In this document: piece after piece, positions 41,536-52,837 of the stretch
Position numbering within the stretch: position 1 is the stretch's first letter
Layout of the letters: each line of letters starts with the position of its first letter
NCBI RefSeq assembly: GCF_056712565.1
Contig: NZ_CM160072.1
DNA length: 64,000 nt
Direction: 5' to 3' (one strand)
Translations under genes and position numbers: made by a program
The notes under the pieces: model-generated
What the model was told of the DNA's origin: nothing
What the model saw: only the letters and a program-made list of their open reading frames with translations
Database searches by the model: none

Positions 41536-41566
41536 TGAACCCCGCTTCGGCGGGGTTTTTTGTTTT
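41536..41566 (+). terminator. tRNA operon intrinsic terminator
   Basis: gaaccccgcttcggcggggttttttgtttt: GC hairpin with GNRA-like loop plus T-run. Confidence 0.8.
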
Positions 41567-41677
41567 CTGTGCATTTCGTCACTTTCCCTTCGCAATAAAC
41601 GCCCGTAATAACGTATTGCGCCACGGTATGATTTCGCCCTTAACTTATTGAAGGATGACTTCAGGCAAGGAGCGACC

Positions 41678-42913
41678 ATGCAGCAACAGGTTCCAACGCG
41701 TGCTTTTCATGTGATGGCGAAACCGAGCGGTTCTGATTGTAATCTGAACTGTGACTACTGTTTTTATCTCGAAAAACAATCCCTTTACCACGAAAAGCCA
41801 GTCACGCATATGGACGATGACACGCTGGAAGCGTATGTCCGTCACTATATCGCTGCCAGCGAAACCCAAAACGAAGTGGCTTTTACCTGGCAGGGCGGCG
41901 AACCAACGTTACTCGGGCTGGATTTTTACCGCCGTGCCGTGGCGCTACAGGCGAAATATGGTGCTGGCAGGAAGATAAGTAATAGCTTCCAGACTAACGG
42001 CGTGCTGCTCGATGACGAATGGTGTGCATTTCTGGCAGAAAATCATTTTCTTGTAGGGTTATCGCTGGATGGTCCGGCTGAGATCCACAATCAATATCGC
42101 GTGACCAAAGGTGGCAGACCAACGCATAAGCTGGTGATGCGTGCTCTGACGCTCCTGCAAAAACATCATGTCGACTATAACGTGCTGGTCTGCGTCAATC
42201 GCACCAGTGCGTTACAACCTTTGCAAGTCTATGATTTTCTGTGTGATGCAGGTGTTGAGTTCATCCAGTTTATTCCGGTGGTCGAGCGCCTGGCTGATGA
42301 AACGGCTGCTCATGCTGGACTTAAGCTACATGCTCCCGGCGATATTCAGGGCGAACTGACGGAATGGTCGGTGTGCCCGCAAGAGTTCGGTGAGTTTCTG
42401 GTGGCGATTTTCGACCACTGGATTAAGCGCGACGTCGGCAAGGTTTTCGTAATGAATATCGAATGGGCGTTCGCCAATTTTGTCGGCGCACCGGGCGCGG
42501 TTTGCCATCATCAGCCAACCTGTGGGCGCTCGGTGATTGTTGAACACAACGGCGATGTTTACGCCTGCGATCACTATGTTTATCCGCAGTATCGACTAGG
42601 GAATATGCTTCAGCAGACGATTGCAGAAATGATTGATTCCCCGCAACAGCAGGCATTTGGTGAAGATAAATTCAAGCAGTTACCGGCACAGTGTCGCAGT
42701 TGCAACGTGTTAAAAGCGTGCTGGGGAGGCTGCCCGAAACACCGCTTTATGCTCGATGCCAGCGGCAAACCCGGGCTGAATTATTTGTGTGCCGGGTATC
42801 AGCGTTATTTCCGCCATCTACCGCCATATCTTAAAGCAATGGCTGATTTGCTGGCGCACGGTCGTCCGGCCAGCGACATTATGCAGGCGCATTTGATGGT
42901 GGTGAATAAGTAG
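41678..42913 (+). CDS. aslB: anaerobic sulfatase-maturating enzyme homologue (radical SAM/SPASM)
   Basis: Track ORF 41648..42913; CxxxCxxC (CNLNCDYCFY) radical-SAM motif; probable start at MQQQVPTRAF. Confidence 0.88.
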   Translation: MQQQVPTRAFHVMAKPSGSDCNLNCDYCFYLEKQSLYHEKPVTHMDDDTLEAYVRHYIAASETQNEVAFTWQGGEPTLLGLDFYRRAVALQAKYGAGRKISNSFQTNGVLLDDEWCAFLAENHFLVGLSLDGPAEIHNQYRVTKGGRPTHKLVMRALTLLQKHHVDYNVLVCVNRTSALQPLQVYDFLCDAGVEFIQFIPVVERLADETAAHAGLKLHAPGDIQGELTEWSVCPQEFGEFLVAIFDHWIKRDVGKVFVMNIEWAFANFVGAPGAVCHHQPTCGRSVIVEHNGDVYACDHYVYPQYRLGNMLQQTIAEMIDSPQQQAFGEDKFKQLPAQCRSCNVLKACWGGCPKHRFMLDASGKPGLNYLCAGYQRYFRHLPPYLKAMADLLAHGRPASDIMQAHLMVVNK

Positions 42914-42924
42914 AAATCGGCGGC

Positions 42925-43060
42925 CGCCTGCGGTTGATTGCCGGATGCGGCGTGAACGCCTTATCCGGCCTACAATCATTGCAAATTCAATAAATTGCAG
43001 CGTTCTGTAGGCTGGATAAGATGCGTCAGCATCGCATCCGGCAAAGGCAGATCTCAGCGA
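42925..43060. repeat. REP/BIME cluster (repetitive extragenic palindromes)
   Basis: gccggatgcggcgtgaacgccttatccggcctaca and inverted copy gtaggctggataagatgcgtcagcatcgcatccggca between convergent aslB and aslA. Confidence 0.8.
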
Positions 43061-43070
43061 TAGCGCCGGC

Positions 43071-44726
43071 TTAGTCAGATTTAATCTGCGCGCGTGGTGG
43101 ATATTTTTTCAGGATCTCCATATACGCGTGCATTTCGGTCTGTAGCGGTACACCCATCGGAATATGGCGCACGCCGATAGAGTCGCTTTCCTGCGGATCG
43201 GTGTACAGGTTAAACACCGACGATCCCGCCGTTTGCATTACTGTGCCGGTGAATCCACCCTGATATCCGCTCTGGGTATAAGCGTAAGGTTGCTGAATCA
43301 GGACGTGATACTTGAACTCATCCATACGCACAGCAGAAAGTTTACCGTTGAGGAAGTAGTGCTCGGCCTTACGGTTAGACTGACCATTTGTTCCCAGGAA
43401 GAAAGATGTCTGGTCCACACCATCGATAAAGGTGGTTTTCGGTACTAAATTCGCTACTTTCGCCCCAGGATGCCCCGCCAGATCCAGCGCCGTAGGGAAG
43501 AGATCCGCCAGATCGACAATGCCGTCAGATTTACGCGGTTGGATCATGCCTTTCCAGTAAACGAAGGTTGGCACACGAACGCCGCCTTCCCATGTAGAAC
43601 CTTTCGCACCGCGGAACGGCGTGCGACCGTGCGGCGGAACTTCGGCTTCCGGACCGTTATCAGAGGTGAACACAATCAGCGTGTTATCAAGCTGACCGTT
43701 TTTCTCCAGTGCTTTATACAGATTGGCGAAGATATCGTTCATCTCCACCATGCAGTCGCCGTAAGAGGTGCGCGCCGGAGAGCTACCCGCATATTTGGCG
43801 TTCGGGTAGTTATCGAAGTGACAGCCGCGAGTGCCGTAATAGAGGAAGAAAGGCTTATCACTCTTCGCCATCTTGTCGAGGAACTTAACGCCATATTCCA
43901 TCCAGCGTTGATCCAGGTCTTCCATATATTTCGGCGTAATGTCGGCAATGGCTTCCTGTTCACCGCCGCGCACGGCATGAACGTCATCTTTGCTGAACGG
44001 CAGTTTTTGGATGTATTCAGAACGAGCCGGGCTCAGGGCGACTTCCGGGTTGACATGAACATCACGCCATTCGGTATACATATCGGACACCGAGTTAAAG
44101 CCGCGGAAATCATCAAAGCCAACGTTCTGCGGCTGCGACTCTTTGTTTTCCCCCATATGCCATTTCCCGATAGCCTGGGTGACGTAGCCCTGATCGTGCA
44201 GCAACTGCGGCAGCGTGGTTAACCCTTGCAGACCGCCCGGTTGCCCGTACATTGGCGGCATCAGAATGCCGTGGTGGATGGAGTATTGTCCGGTGAGAAT
44301 CGTGGCGCGGGTTGGGGAAGAACTCGGTTGAGAATACGCCGAAGTTAAAATCAGCCCCTGGCTGGCAACGGCGTCGATATCTGGTGTAGGGTTACCCACC
44401 GCCACGCCGCCGCCGTTAAAGCCAACGTCCATCCAGCCCACATCATCCAGCAAGAAAACAACCACGTTCGGTTTCTTACCGGTTTTTTTCTCAAGTTCCG
44501 CCAGTTTCTGCTGGGTTTCTTTGTCTTGTGCAGGATGCTGCATCACCGGCATCATGTTGTCGGCAATAGTGGTCGCCGGTTTAACCAGATACTGGTTTGG
44601 GTGATCGTATCCGGCAAAGCCTTTGCGTGCGGTGGCGGTTGACGGGGTATCTGCTGCGCTGGCTATGAGAGGAAGAGCTGCGGCGACAGCAACAACAAGA
44701 AGTTTGGGTGAAAACGAAAATTCCAT
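43071..44726 (-). CDS. aslA: arylsulfatase-family periplasmic protein
   Basis: 551-aa ORF with N-terminal signal peptide ([24 protein letters not shown]); sulfatase fold. Confidence 0.92.
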   Translation of the reverse strand: MEFSFSPKLLVVAVAAALPLIASAADTPSTATARKGFAGYDHPNQYLVKPATTIADNMMPVMQHPAQDKETQQKLAELEKKTGKKPNVVVFLLDDVGWMDVGFNGGGVAVGNPTPDIDAVASQGLILTSAYSQPSSSPTRATILTGQYSIHHGILMPPMYGQPGGLQGLTTLPQLLHDQGYVTQAIGKWHMGENKESQPQNVGFDDFRGFNSVSDMYTEWRDVHVNPEVALSPARSEYIQKLPFSKDDVHAVRGGEQEAIADITPKYMEDLDQRWMEYGVKFLDKMAKSDKPFFLYYGTRGCHFDNYPNAKYAGSSPARTSYGDCMVEMNDIFANLYKALEKNGQLDNTLIVFTSDNGPEAEVPPHGRTPFRGAKGSTWEGGVRVPTFVYWKGMIQPRKSDGIVDLADLFPTALDLAGHPGAKVANLVPKTTFIDGVDQTSFFLGTNGQSNRKAEHYFLNGKLSAVRMDEFKYHVLIQQPYAYTQSGYQGGFTGTVMQTAGSSVFNLYTDPQESDSIGVRHIPMGVPLQTEMHAYMEILKKYPPRAQIKSD

Positions 44727-45150
44727 GCAAAATGCTCCGGTTTCATGTCGTCAAAATGATGACGTAATTAAGCATTGATAATTGAGATCCCTCTCCCTGA
44801 CAGGATGATTGCATAAATAATAGTGATAAAAATAAATTATTTATTTATCCAGAAAATGAATTGAAAAATCAGGAGAGCATTTTCAATCCTACCTCTGGCG
44901 CAGGTGATATGTAAGGCGGTGATGTTATATCGCGTTGATTATTGATGCTGTTTTTAGTTTTAACGGCAATTAATATATATGTTATTAATTGAATGACTTT
45001 TATTATTCATTATATATATGTGTAGAATTGTGCGCAGGAGAAATATTCACTCAGGAAGTTATTACTCAGGAAGCAAAGAGGATTACAGAATTATCTCATA
45101 ACAAGTGTTAAGGGATGTTATTTCCCGGTTCTCTGTGGCATAATAAACGA

Positions 45151-45357
45151 GTAGATGCTCATTCCATCTCTTATGTTCGCCTTAGTGCCTCATAAACTCC
45201 GGAATGACGCAGAGCCGTTTACGGTGCTTATCGTCCACTGACAGATGTCGCTTATGCCTCATCAGACACCATGGACACAACGTTGAGTGAAGCACCCACT
45301 TGTTGTCATACAGACCTGTTTTAACGCCTGCTCCGTAATAAGAGCAGGCGTTTTTTT
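45151..45357 (+). ncRNA. glmZ: GlmZ small regulatory RNA
   Basis: gtagatgctcattccatctcttatgttcgccttagtgcctcataaactccggaatgacgc...ctgctccgtaataagagcaggcgttttttt matches the ~207-nt GlmZ sequence incl. intrinsic terminator; track ORF 45262..45612(-) over it is spurious. Confidence 0.85.
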
Positions 45358-45404
45358 ATATATCAGAAAGGCCCCGGAGGTGCTTGCCTCCGGGTGAGAA
45401 AGAG

Positions 45405-46601
45405 CTACTGTGGCGGGTTGTTCTGCAACGTTAACATCAAACCGTCGCGACGCATCGCTGCGGCTTCTTCCGGCTTGTGCAGTCTGTCCAGCGCGTCGGC
45501 AAGCCATGCGTAATCGTAGGCGTCCGGACGTTGTTTCAGCGCTGCGCGGAAGGCGAGCGATGCTTCCTGCCATTCTCCGTGTTTCATCAGCGACTGACCC
45601 AGTGTGCTCCACAACAGCGGGCGATCGCCCACGTTTTTGATCTGTTGGCGCAGCACTTTTTCCAGCTGTTCCGGGTTATTGGTTTTCAGACGCGGGATCG
45701 GCAGCAGCAGGCGATCGTCATACTGGCGTTTCAGGCCATCGATGATAATTTGCTGGGCAGTATCATGATCGTCACACTCAATAAGATGTTCCGCCATTGC
45801 CACCTGCAAGGCCACCTGATGACGCGTTTTCCGGCTTTGGTTTTTCCACCAGTTACGCAAACCTTCACTACCGTTATCGGCACGCGCCTGATCCATCAGG
45901 CCAATCCATGCCTGTTGTTCCAGCATTGCACGATGTTCTTCATCACCAACATGGGCTTTCGCCATTGATGGGATGATATCCAGCAGCGAACTCCATGCAC
46001 CAGTGCGGATATACGCCTGTTCCGCCAGACGTAATACTTCCGGATGGCGTGGCGTAACTTCCAGCAGCTTATCCACGCCGTGACGTGCTGCATGGTTTTC
46101 ATTACGGGCCAGTTGCAGACGTACACGGGTGATTTCTACCGGAATGGTGTCATTGCCGGCCAGCTCCGCTGCGCGTTCCAGATGTTGGTTGGCGCGTGCT
46201 TCATCACCACGTTGTTGCGCGGCTTCGGCTGCCAGTAGATAGTTCACCACCGGTTGTTCAGCGTGATCGGCATTTTTCGCCATCAGCTTTTCAACTTGCT
46301 GATAATCGCCTTCCGCCAGTTTCAGCAGCGCCTGTTCGGTCTGCTTACGTGCACGGCGACGCTTACGTCCGACAAACCACCCACGGGTGTGCGCGCCTGT
46401 GCGGAAGATTCGCCGCAGTAGCCACTCAATGGCAAACAGCACTACCATCGCCAGAATCAAAATAATCGCGAGGCCCGTGACGCTGGTTTCAATATTGTAG
46501 TTGTCGGTCTGGATCAGCACGTAACCCTGATGGCCGGCAATCATCGGGCCAACCACGATCCCCGCAATCAGCAACACAAAGAGCAATAACACTTTTAGCA
46601 T
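45405..46601 (-). CDS. hemY: HemY (inner-membrane TPR-like protein)
   Basis: 398-aa ORF; N-terminal TM segments MLKVLLLFVLLIAGIVVGPMIAG. Confidence 0.92.
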   Translation of the reverse strand: MLKVLLLFVLLIAGIVVGPMIAGHQGYVLIQTDNYNIETSVTGLAIILILAMVVLFAIEWLLRRIFRTGAHTRGWFVGRKRRRARKQTEQALLKLAEGDYQQVEKLMAKNADHAEQPVVNYLLAAEAAQQRGDEARANQHLERAAELAGNDTIPVEITRVRLQLARNENHAARHGVDKLLEVTPRHPEVLRLAEQAYIRTGAWSSLLDIIPSMAKAHVGDEEHRAMLEQQAWIGLMDQARADNGSEGLRNWWKNQSRKTRHQVALQVAMAEHLIECDDHDTAQQIIIDGLKRQYDDRLLLPIPRLKTNNPEQLEKVLRQQIKNVGDRPLLWSTLGQSLMKHGEWQEASLAFRAALKQRPDAYDYAWLADALDRLHKPEEAAAMRRDGLMLTLQNNPPQ

Positions 46602-46603
46602 GG

Positions 46604-47797
46604 TTATTCTCCTTGCGGCGCGGCTGCCGGAGCATCAGCTTGCGGTGCAGGTGCAGGTGCAGGTGCAGGTTTAGCTTCCGTTGTCCCTGCTGCCGGTTGT
46701 GCCAGCAGGTTACGCACGCGGGTCTGCATCAATTTTTCCAGCATCGCCTGGCTTTGCAGGGTTTCCGGAAGATCCATCGAGATATTTTGCTGGCTTAACT
46801 GGTCCACCTCGTCGAGGAACGCTTTGGTGGTGGCATCATCAGTATCGTAGTAAGCACGTACCCAGGTGGAGACGTTCTCCAGCGCCTGGCGATAAGTCTC
46901 TTCCTGGTGACGCGGTACAGCTTGTGCTGCGACCAGCAGGCGAGAGCGAATATTTTCGCGCAGATAGATATCCTGATTTGGCGCTAACAGCGGTACGGCG
47001 GTGTCATCACGACGGCGAATCGTAATGAAGTTGTCCATAAAGTTCTGCCAGCTTTTTTGCAGATTGATACGCCATTCGCTGATGGAACTGGAAAGCTCTT
47101 CACCGTCGGAATCCATCGGCGAACCATCGCTGTCATTATCGGCCAGACGCAGATTATCTACCTGATTTGAAAGCTGATTAAGCTTAAGGATGATACCGTC
47201 ATAATCCACCTGCGATACCGCAGAAAGGCTGGCGATATCATCGGTAATTGCCCGGCGAACGGTAATCAGACTCGGGTCATTCATATCCGCCAGGCTGGCG
47301 TCTGCACTTTTCAGCAACGCTGCAGCGGTCGTGACGTCCTGATCGCTCCACAGCTTCCGTCCGGCGAGTTTCACCAGAAAATCGGCCTGGGCCAGCAGCC
47401 AGGTTTTAGCATCGCTGCCGGAAATGGTGGCGACCTTTTGTTGGACTTCATCCAGCTGTTTTGCCAGCGTTTCTTGCTGACGATTCGCCTGCTCAAGCTG
47501 TACAGCTTGTTGCTTGATAATGCCTTCCAGCTCGGCTTTTTGGCTCTCCTGGGCTTTTTGCAGTGCCGTAAGTTGGTTAGCCAGGGCATCGCTGGTGGCA
47601 GTCTGATTGACGGCCTGTTGTTTACCCCAGCCATACAAACCGACGCCCGCCGCCAGAGCAATAGCGATAGCCACCGCGCTGAGAATCAATGCGGTATTGT
47701 TCTTACTCTTTTTTTCTGTTGCGACAGGTTGTGACGTGGTGTCCACGGCCTCCCTGGTCTCTTCAACCACGGCGGAGGTTTTTTCTTGTTCCGTCAT
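46604..47797 (-). CDS. hemX: HemX (membrane-anchored coiled-coil protein)
   Basis: 397-aa [21 protein letters not shown]...; C-terminal Pro-Ala repeat ([22 protein letters not shown]). Confidence 0.9.
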   Translation of the reverse strand: MTEQEKTSAVVEETREAVDTTSQPVATEKKSKNNTALILSAVAIAIALAAGVGLYGWGKQQAVNQTATSDALANQLTALQKAQESQKAELEGIIKQQAVQLEQANRQQETLAKQLDEVQQKVATISGSDAKTWLLAQADFLVKLAGRKLWSDQDVTTAAALLKSADASLADMNDPSLITVRRAITDDIASLSAVSQVDYDGIILKLNQLSNQVDNLRLADNDSDGSPMDSDGEELSSSISEWRINLQKSWQNFMDNFITIRRRDDTAVPLLAPNQDIYLRENIRSRLLVAAQAVPRHQEETYRQALENVSTWVRAYYDTDDATTKAFLDEVDQLSQQNISMDLPETLQSQAMLEKLMQTRVRNLLAQPAAGTTEAKPAPAPAPAPQADAPAAAPQGE

Positions 47798-47818
47798 TAT
47801 GGCTTCCTGTTATGAGAG

Positions 47819-48559
47819 TTATTGTAATGCCCGTAAAAGCGCATCGTTGTCAGCGTTATCGGCGACCTTAATGTCTTGCCAGCCCAGTTCCCGGGCGAGT
47901 TTCGCCAAACGCTCACTGACGACCAATAGTCGACAGCGTAGTAACCAGTGCTCACGATACCATTGTGGGATCAGCGACCAGAGTTGCTGCAACATTTCAC
48001 CGCTGGTAACAACGACCGTCGTCACCTCGCGGGATTGCCAGCGCATCGCTTCTTCTGCACCATCGTAATGGATTGCGCATCGTTGATAACATTCACAAAA
48101 AGTGACCTCAGCACCGCGCGCCGTCAGGGAATCCCCAATTAGCTCACGACCGCCATTGCCACGTAATATCAGCGCACGTTTGCCCGCAATATTTTGTAAT
48201 TCAGGTAATTGTAGCAAGACTTCGCTGATTTCCCGATCCTGCGGGTAGAGAATCTTCTGTCCGCTTACGGTATGTAGTGCCAGCGCGGTGGTGCGTCCAA
48301 TGGCGAAATAATCAGGTAGTCGGGGCCATTTACGATCTTGCTGATGCAGCTGTGATTGGGCAAAAGCAACCGCGTGTTGCGAGAGGGCAAACAACAGATC
48401 GCTCTCTCCCAGCGCTGCCAGTTGATCAGCAAGTTGCGGTAATTGTCGACCCGGAGAAAACTCAATCAGCGGAAAATGCCAGGCCACCTGCCCCAGTGTG
48501 CGCAGACGGCTCACTAACTCTTCTCCTGCGGGAGACGGGCGGGTGACCAGGATACTCAT
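47819..48559 (-). CDS. hemD: uroporphyrinogen-III synthase
   Basis: 246-aa [27 protein letters not shown]... Confidence 0.92.
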   Translation of the reverse strand: MSILVTRPSPAGEELVSRLRTLGQVAWHFPLIEFSPGRQLPQLADQLAALGESDLLFALSQHAVAFAQSQLHQQDRKWPRLPDYFAIGRTTALALHTVSGQKILYPQDREISEVLLQLPELQNIAGKRALILRGNGGRELIGDSLTARGAEVTFCECYQRCAIHYDGAEEAMRWQSREVTTVVVTSGEMLQQLWSLIPQWYREHWLLRCRLLVVSERLAKLARELGWQDIKVADNADNDALLRALQ

Positions 48560-49497
48560 GCCGGGGCGTCTCCGTTATAGACTTCAGCGAGGATCTCGCG
48601 CGCGCCGTTATTCAGTAGCTCTTCTGCCAGCGAAATCCCCATTTGTTCGGCATCTTGCGGCGCACCGCGGCGTTCACCGCGAATAATCTGCGAACCGTCC
48701 GGCGCGCCGACCAACGCACGCAGCCAGATTTCGCCATCAATAAGCTCGGCGTAGCTACCAATTGGCACCTGACATCCGCCTTCGAGACGGGTATTCATGG
48801 CGCGTTCGGCGGTAACGCGCAGTGCAGTTTCGTGGTGATTCAGCGCGGCGAGCAGCTCGCGAGTGCGTGCATCATCAAGGCGGCATTCAATGCCCACCGC
48901 ACCTTGCCCTACCGCCGGAAGAGAAATCTCGGGTGGCAACGCGGCGCGAATGCGGGACTCCAGACCTAAACGTTTTAGTCCGGCTACGGCAAGAATGATG
49001 GCATCATATTCGCCGTTATCCAGTTTGCTCAGACGAGTGCCGACGTTGCCGCGCAGGGAGCGGATAATCAGATCCGGGCGGCGTTCAGCCAGTTGGCACT
49101 GGCGACGTAAACTGGACGTCCCGACGATACTGCCTGCCGGTAACGCATCCAGACTGTCATAGGTGTTGGATACAAAGGCATCGCGGGGATCTTCGCGCTT
49201 GCAAATGGTGACCAGCCCCAGACCTTGCGGGAATTCAACCGGCACATCTTTCATTGAATGTACGGCGATATCGGCGCGATTTTCGAGGAGCGCGACTTCC
49301 AGCTCTTTCACAAATAAGCCTTTTCCGCCTACTTTCGCCAGCGGCGTATCAAGAATCACATCGCCGCGCGTCACCATCGGTACCAGTTCAACGACCAGGC
49401 CCGGATGGCTCGCCATCAACTTGTCTTTGACATAGTGTGCCTGCCAGAGTGCAAGTGGGCTTTGGCGTGTGGCAATTCTTAAAACATTGTCTAACAT
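48556..49497 (-). CDS. hemC: hydroxymethylbilane synthase (porphobilinogen deaminase)
   Basis: Track ORF 48556..49518; probable start at [20 protein letters not shown] (313 aa). Confidence 0.92.
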   Translation of the reverse strand: MLDNVLRIATRQSPLALWQAHYVKDKLMASHPGLVVELVPMVTRGDVILDTPLAKVGGKGLFVKELEVALLENRADIAVHSMKDVPVEFPQGLGLVTICKREDPRDAFVSNTYDSLDALPAGSIVGTSSLRRQCQLAERRPDLIIRSLRGNVGTRLSKLDNGEYDAIILAVAGLKRLGLESRIRAALPPEISLPAVGQGAVGIECRLDDARTRELLAALNHHETALRVTAERAMNTRLEGGCQVPIGSYAELIDGEIWLRALVGAPDGSQIIRGERRGAPQDAEQMGISLAEELLNNGAREILAEVYNGDAPA

Positions 49498-49883
49498 GCT
49501 TGTTACCGTCATTATCATCCGTGGTCCATCCTAACATCCTTGCCAGAGCGATGTCAGTGTTGTGGTGAAACGTAGACGCCTGCGCAAACCGTAAAATGAG
49601 GTCTGGCAGTGGATCCTGACAGGCGCTTTGAGCCTTCGTAATAAGGAATTTACAGAGAATAAACGGTGCTACACTTGTATGTAGCGCATCTTTCTTTACG
49701 GTCAATCAGCAAGGTGTTAAATTGATCACGTTTTAGACCATTTTTTCGTCGTGAAACTAAAAAAACCAGGCGCGAAAAGTGGTAACGGTTACCTTTGACA
49801 TACGAAATATCCCGAATGCCGCGTGTTACCGTTGATGTTGGCGGAATCACAGTCATGACGGGTAGCAAATCAGGCGATACGTC

Positions 49884-52430
49884 TTGTACCTCTATATTGA
49901 GACTCTGAAACAGAGACTGGATGCCATAAATCAATTGCGTGTGGATCGCGCGCTTGCTGCTATGGGGCCTGCATTCCAACAGGTCTACAGTCTACTGCCG
50001 ACATTGTTGCACTATCACCATCCGCTAATGCCGGGTTACCTTGATGGTAACGTTCCCAAAGGCATTTGCCTTTACACGCCTGATGAAACTCAACGCCACT
50101 ACCTGAACGAGCTTGAACTGTATCGTGGAATGTCAGTACAGGACCCACCGAAAGGTGAGCTTCCAATTACTGGTGTATACACCATGGGCAGCACCTCGTC
50201 CGTAGGGCAAAGTTGTTCCTCTGACCTGGATATCTGGGTCTGTCATCAATCCTGGCTCGATAGCGAAGAGCGCCAGTTGCTACAACGTAAATGTAGTCTG
50301 CTGGAAAGCTGGGCCGCCTCGCTGGGTGTGGAAGTCAGCTTCTTCCTGATTGATGAAAACCGCTTCCGTCATAATGAAAGCGGCAGCCTGGGGGGCGAAG
50401 ATTGTGGCTCCACCCAGCATATACTGCTGCTTGACGAATTTTATCGTACCGCCGTGCGTCTCGCCGGTAAGCGTATTCTGTGGAATATGGTGCCGTGCGA
50501 CGAAGAAGAGCATTACGACGACTATGTGATGACGCTTTACGCGCAGGGCGTGTTGACGCCAAATGAATGGCTGGATCTTGGTGGCTTAAGCTCGCTTTCT
50601 GCTGAAGAGTACTTTGGTGCCAGCCTTTGGCAGCTCTACAAGAGTATCGATTCCCCATACAAAGCGGTGCTGAAAACACTGCTGCTGGAAGCCTATTCCT
50701 GGGAATACCCGAACCCACGTCTGCTGGCGAAAGATATCAAACAGCGTTTGCACGACGGCGAAATAGTGTCGTTTGGTCTCGACCCGTATTGCATGATGCT
50801 GGAGCGCGTCACTGAATATCTGACGGCGATCGAAGATTTTACTCGTCTGGATTTAGTTCGCCGATGCTTCTATTTAAAAGTTTGCGAAAAACTCAGCCGT
50901 GAACGCGCCTGCGTAGGCTGGCGTCGTGAAGTGTTAAGCCAGTTGGTGAAAGAGTGGGAATGGGACGATGCTCGTCTGGCGATGCTTGATAATCGCGCTA
51001 ACTGGAAGATTGATCAGGTGCGTGAGGCGCACAACGAGTTGCTCGACGCGATGATGCAGAGCTACCGCAATCTGATCCGCTTTGCGCGTCGCAATAACCT
51101 TAGCGTTTCCGCCAGCCCGCAGGATATCGGTGTTCTGACACGTAAACTGTACGCCGCGTTTGAAGCGTTACCGGGTAAAGTGACGCTGGTAAACCCGCAG
51201 ATTTCACCCGATCTCTCGGAACCGAATCTGACCTTTATTTATGTGCCGCCGGGCCGGGCTAACCGTTCAGGTTGGTATCTGTATAACCGCGCGCCAAATA
51301 TTGAGTCGATCATCAGCCATCAGCCGCTGGAATATAACCGTTACCTGAATAAACTGGTGGCGTGGGCATGGTTTAACGGCCTGCTGACCTCGCGCACCCG
51401 CTTGTATATTAAAGGTAACGGCATTGTCGATTTGCCTAAGTTGCAGGAGATGGTCGCCGACGTGTCGCACCATTTCCCGCTGCGCTTACCTGCACCGACA
51501 CCGAAGGCGCTCTACAGCCCGTGTGAGATCCGCCATCTGGCGATTATCGTTAACCTGGAATATGACCCGACAGCTGCGTTCCGCAATCAGGTGGTGCATT
51601 TTGATTTCCGTAAGCTGGATGTCTTCAGCTTTGGCGAGAATCAAAATTGCCTGGTAGGTAGCGTTGACCTGCTGTATCGCAACTCGTGGAACGAAGTGCG
51701 TACGCTGCACTTCAACGGCGAGCAATCGATGATCGAAGCCCTGAAAACTATTCTCGGCAAAATGCATCAGGACGCCGCGCCGCCAGATAGCGTGGAAGTC
51801 TTCTGTTATAGCCAGCATCTGCGCGGCTTAATCCGTACTCGCGTGCAGCAACTGGTTTCTGAGTGTATTGAACTGCGTCTTTCCAGCACCCGCCAGGAAA
51901 CCGGGCGCTTCAAGGCGCTGCGCGTCTCCGGTCAAACCTGGGGCTTGTTCTTCGAACGGCTGAATGTCTCGGTACAGAAACTGGAAAACGCCATCGAGTT
52001 TTATGGCGCTATTTCGCATAACAAACTGCACGGCCTGTCAGTGCAGGTTGAAACCAATCACGTCAAATTACCGGCGGTGGTGGACGGCTTTGCCAGCGAA
52101 GGGATCATCCAGTTTTTCTTCGAAGAAACGCAAGACGAGAATGGCTTTAATATCTACATTCTCGACGAAAGCAACCGGGTTGAGGTGTATCACCACTGCG
52201 AAGGCAGCAAAGAGGAACTGGTGCGTGACGTCAGTCGCTTCTACTCGTCTTCGCACGACCGTTTCACCTACGGCTCAAGCTTCATCAACTTCAACCTGCC
52301 GCAGTTCTATCAGATTGTGAAGGTTGATGGTCGTGAACAGGTGATTCCGTTTCGCACCAAATCTATCGGTAACATGCCACCTGCCAATCAGGAGCATGAC
52401 GCGCCGCTGTTGCAGCAGTATTTTTCGTGA
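49884..52430 (+). CDS. cyaA: class I adenylate cyclase
   Basis: 848-aa ORF with TTG initiation codon (ttgtacctctatattgag), [23 protein letters not shown]... Confidence 0.95.
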   Translation: MYLYIETLKQRLDAINQLRVDRALAAMGPAFQQVYSLLPTLLHYHHPLMPGYLDGNVPKGICLYTPDETQRHYLNELELYRGMSVQDPPKGELPITGVYTMGSTSSVGQSCSSDLDIWVCHQSWLDSEERQLLQRKCSLLESWAASLGVEVSFFLIDENRFRHNESGSLGGEDCGSTQHILLLDEFYRTAVRLAGKRILWNMVPCDEEEHYDDYVMTLYAQGVLTPNEWLDLGGLSSLSAEEYFGASLWQLYKSIDSPYKAVLKTLLLEAYSWEYPNPRLLAKDIKQRLHDGEIVSFGLDPYCMMLERVTEYLTAIEDFTRLDLVRRCFYLKVCEKLSRERACVGWRREVLSQLVKEWEWDDARLAMLDNRANWKIDQVREAHNELLDAMMQSYRNLIRFARRNNLSVSASPQDIGVLTRKLYAAFEALPGKVTLVNPQISPDLSEPNLTFIYVPPGRANRSGWYLYNRAPNIESIISHQPLEYNRYLNKLVAWAWFNGLLTSRTRLYIKGNGIVDLPKLQEMVADVSHHFPLRLPAPTPKALYSPCEIRHLAIIVNLEYDPTAAFRNQVVHFDFRKLDVFSFGENQNCLVGSVDLLYRNSWNEVRTLHFNGEQSMIEALKTILGKMHQDAAPPDSVEVFCYSQHLRGLIRTRVQQLVSECIELRLSSTRQETGRFKALRVSGQTWGLFFERLNVSVQKLENAIEFYGAISHNKLHGLSVQVETNHVKLPAVVDGFASEGIIQFFFEETQDENGFNIYILDESNRVEVYHHCEGSKEELVRDVSRFYSSSHDRFTYGSSFINFNLPQFYQIVKVDGREQVIPFRTKSIGNMPPANQEHDAPLLQQYFS

Positions 52431-52469
52431 TGAAAGTGCCGGAAAGCGAGGCTTATCCGGCATGCAATC

Positions 52470-52790
52470 TTAGCGGAAACTAACTGTTTCACCCGCCTGC
52501 TGCGTCGCCGCCTGTTCCAGCAAATCCCAGAAGGTTTCACCGCTACGATCGCAAATCCACTCGTCGCCTTTCAGATCAAAATGGTAGCCACCCTGTTTGG
52601 TTGCCAGCCACACCTGGTGCAGTGGTTCCTGGCGGTTGATAATGATTTTGCTGCCGTTCTCAAAGGTAATGGTTAGTACACCGCCGTTGATTTCACAGTC
52701 GATATCGCTGTCGCCATCCCAGTCGTCCAGATGTTCTTCAATGGTCAGCCACAGTTGATCAGCCAGGCGATGAAATTCACTGTCGTTCAT
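52470..52790 (-). CDS. cyaY: frataxin homologue (iron-sulfur cluster assembly)
   Basis: 106-aa [46 protein letters not shown]... Confidence 0.94.
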
Positions 52791-52837
52791 TGTTGTATCC
52801 TGTTTTTAAGTGATGGCGGCAGTATAGCGGCATGGGG

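Noticed and set aside
45262-45612. 116-aa ORF on the minus strand
   Set aside because: It overlaps the GlmZ sRNA and the 3' end of hemY; no protein-like features.
46644-46670. Tandem (ggtgca)n repeat considered as a possible CRISPR or mobile-element repeat
   Set aside because: It is a 6-bp in-frame microsatellite inside hemX with no spacers; no CRISPR-like repeat-spacer architecture exists anywhere in the window.
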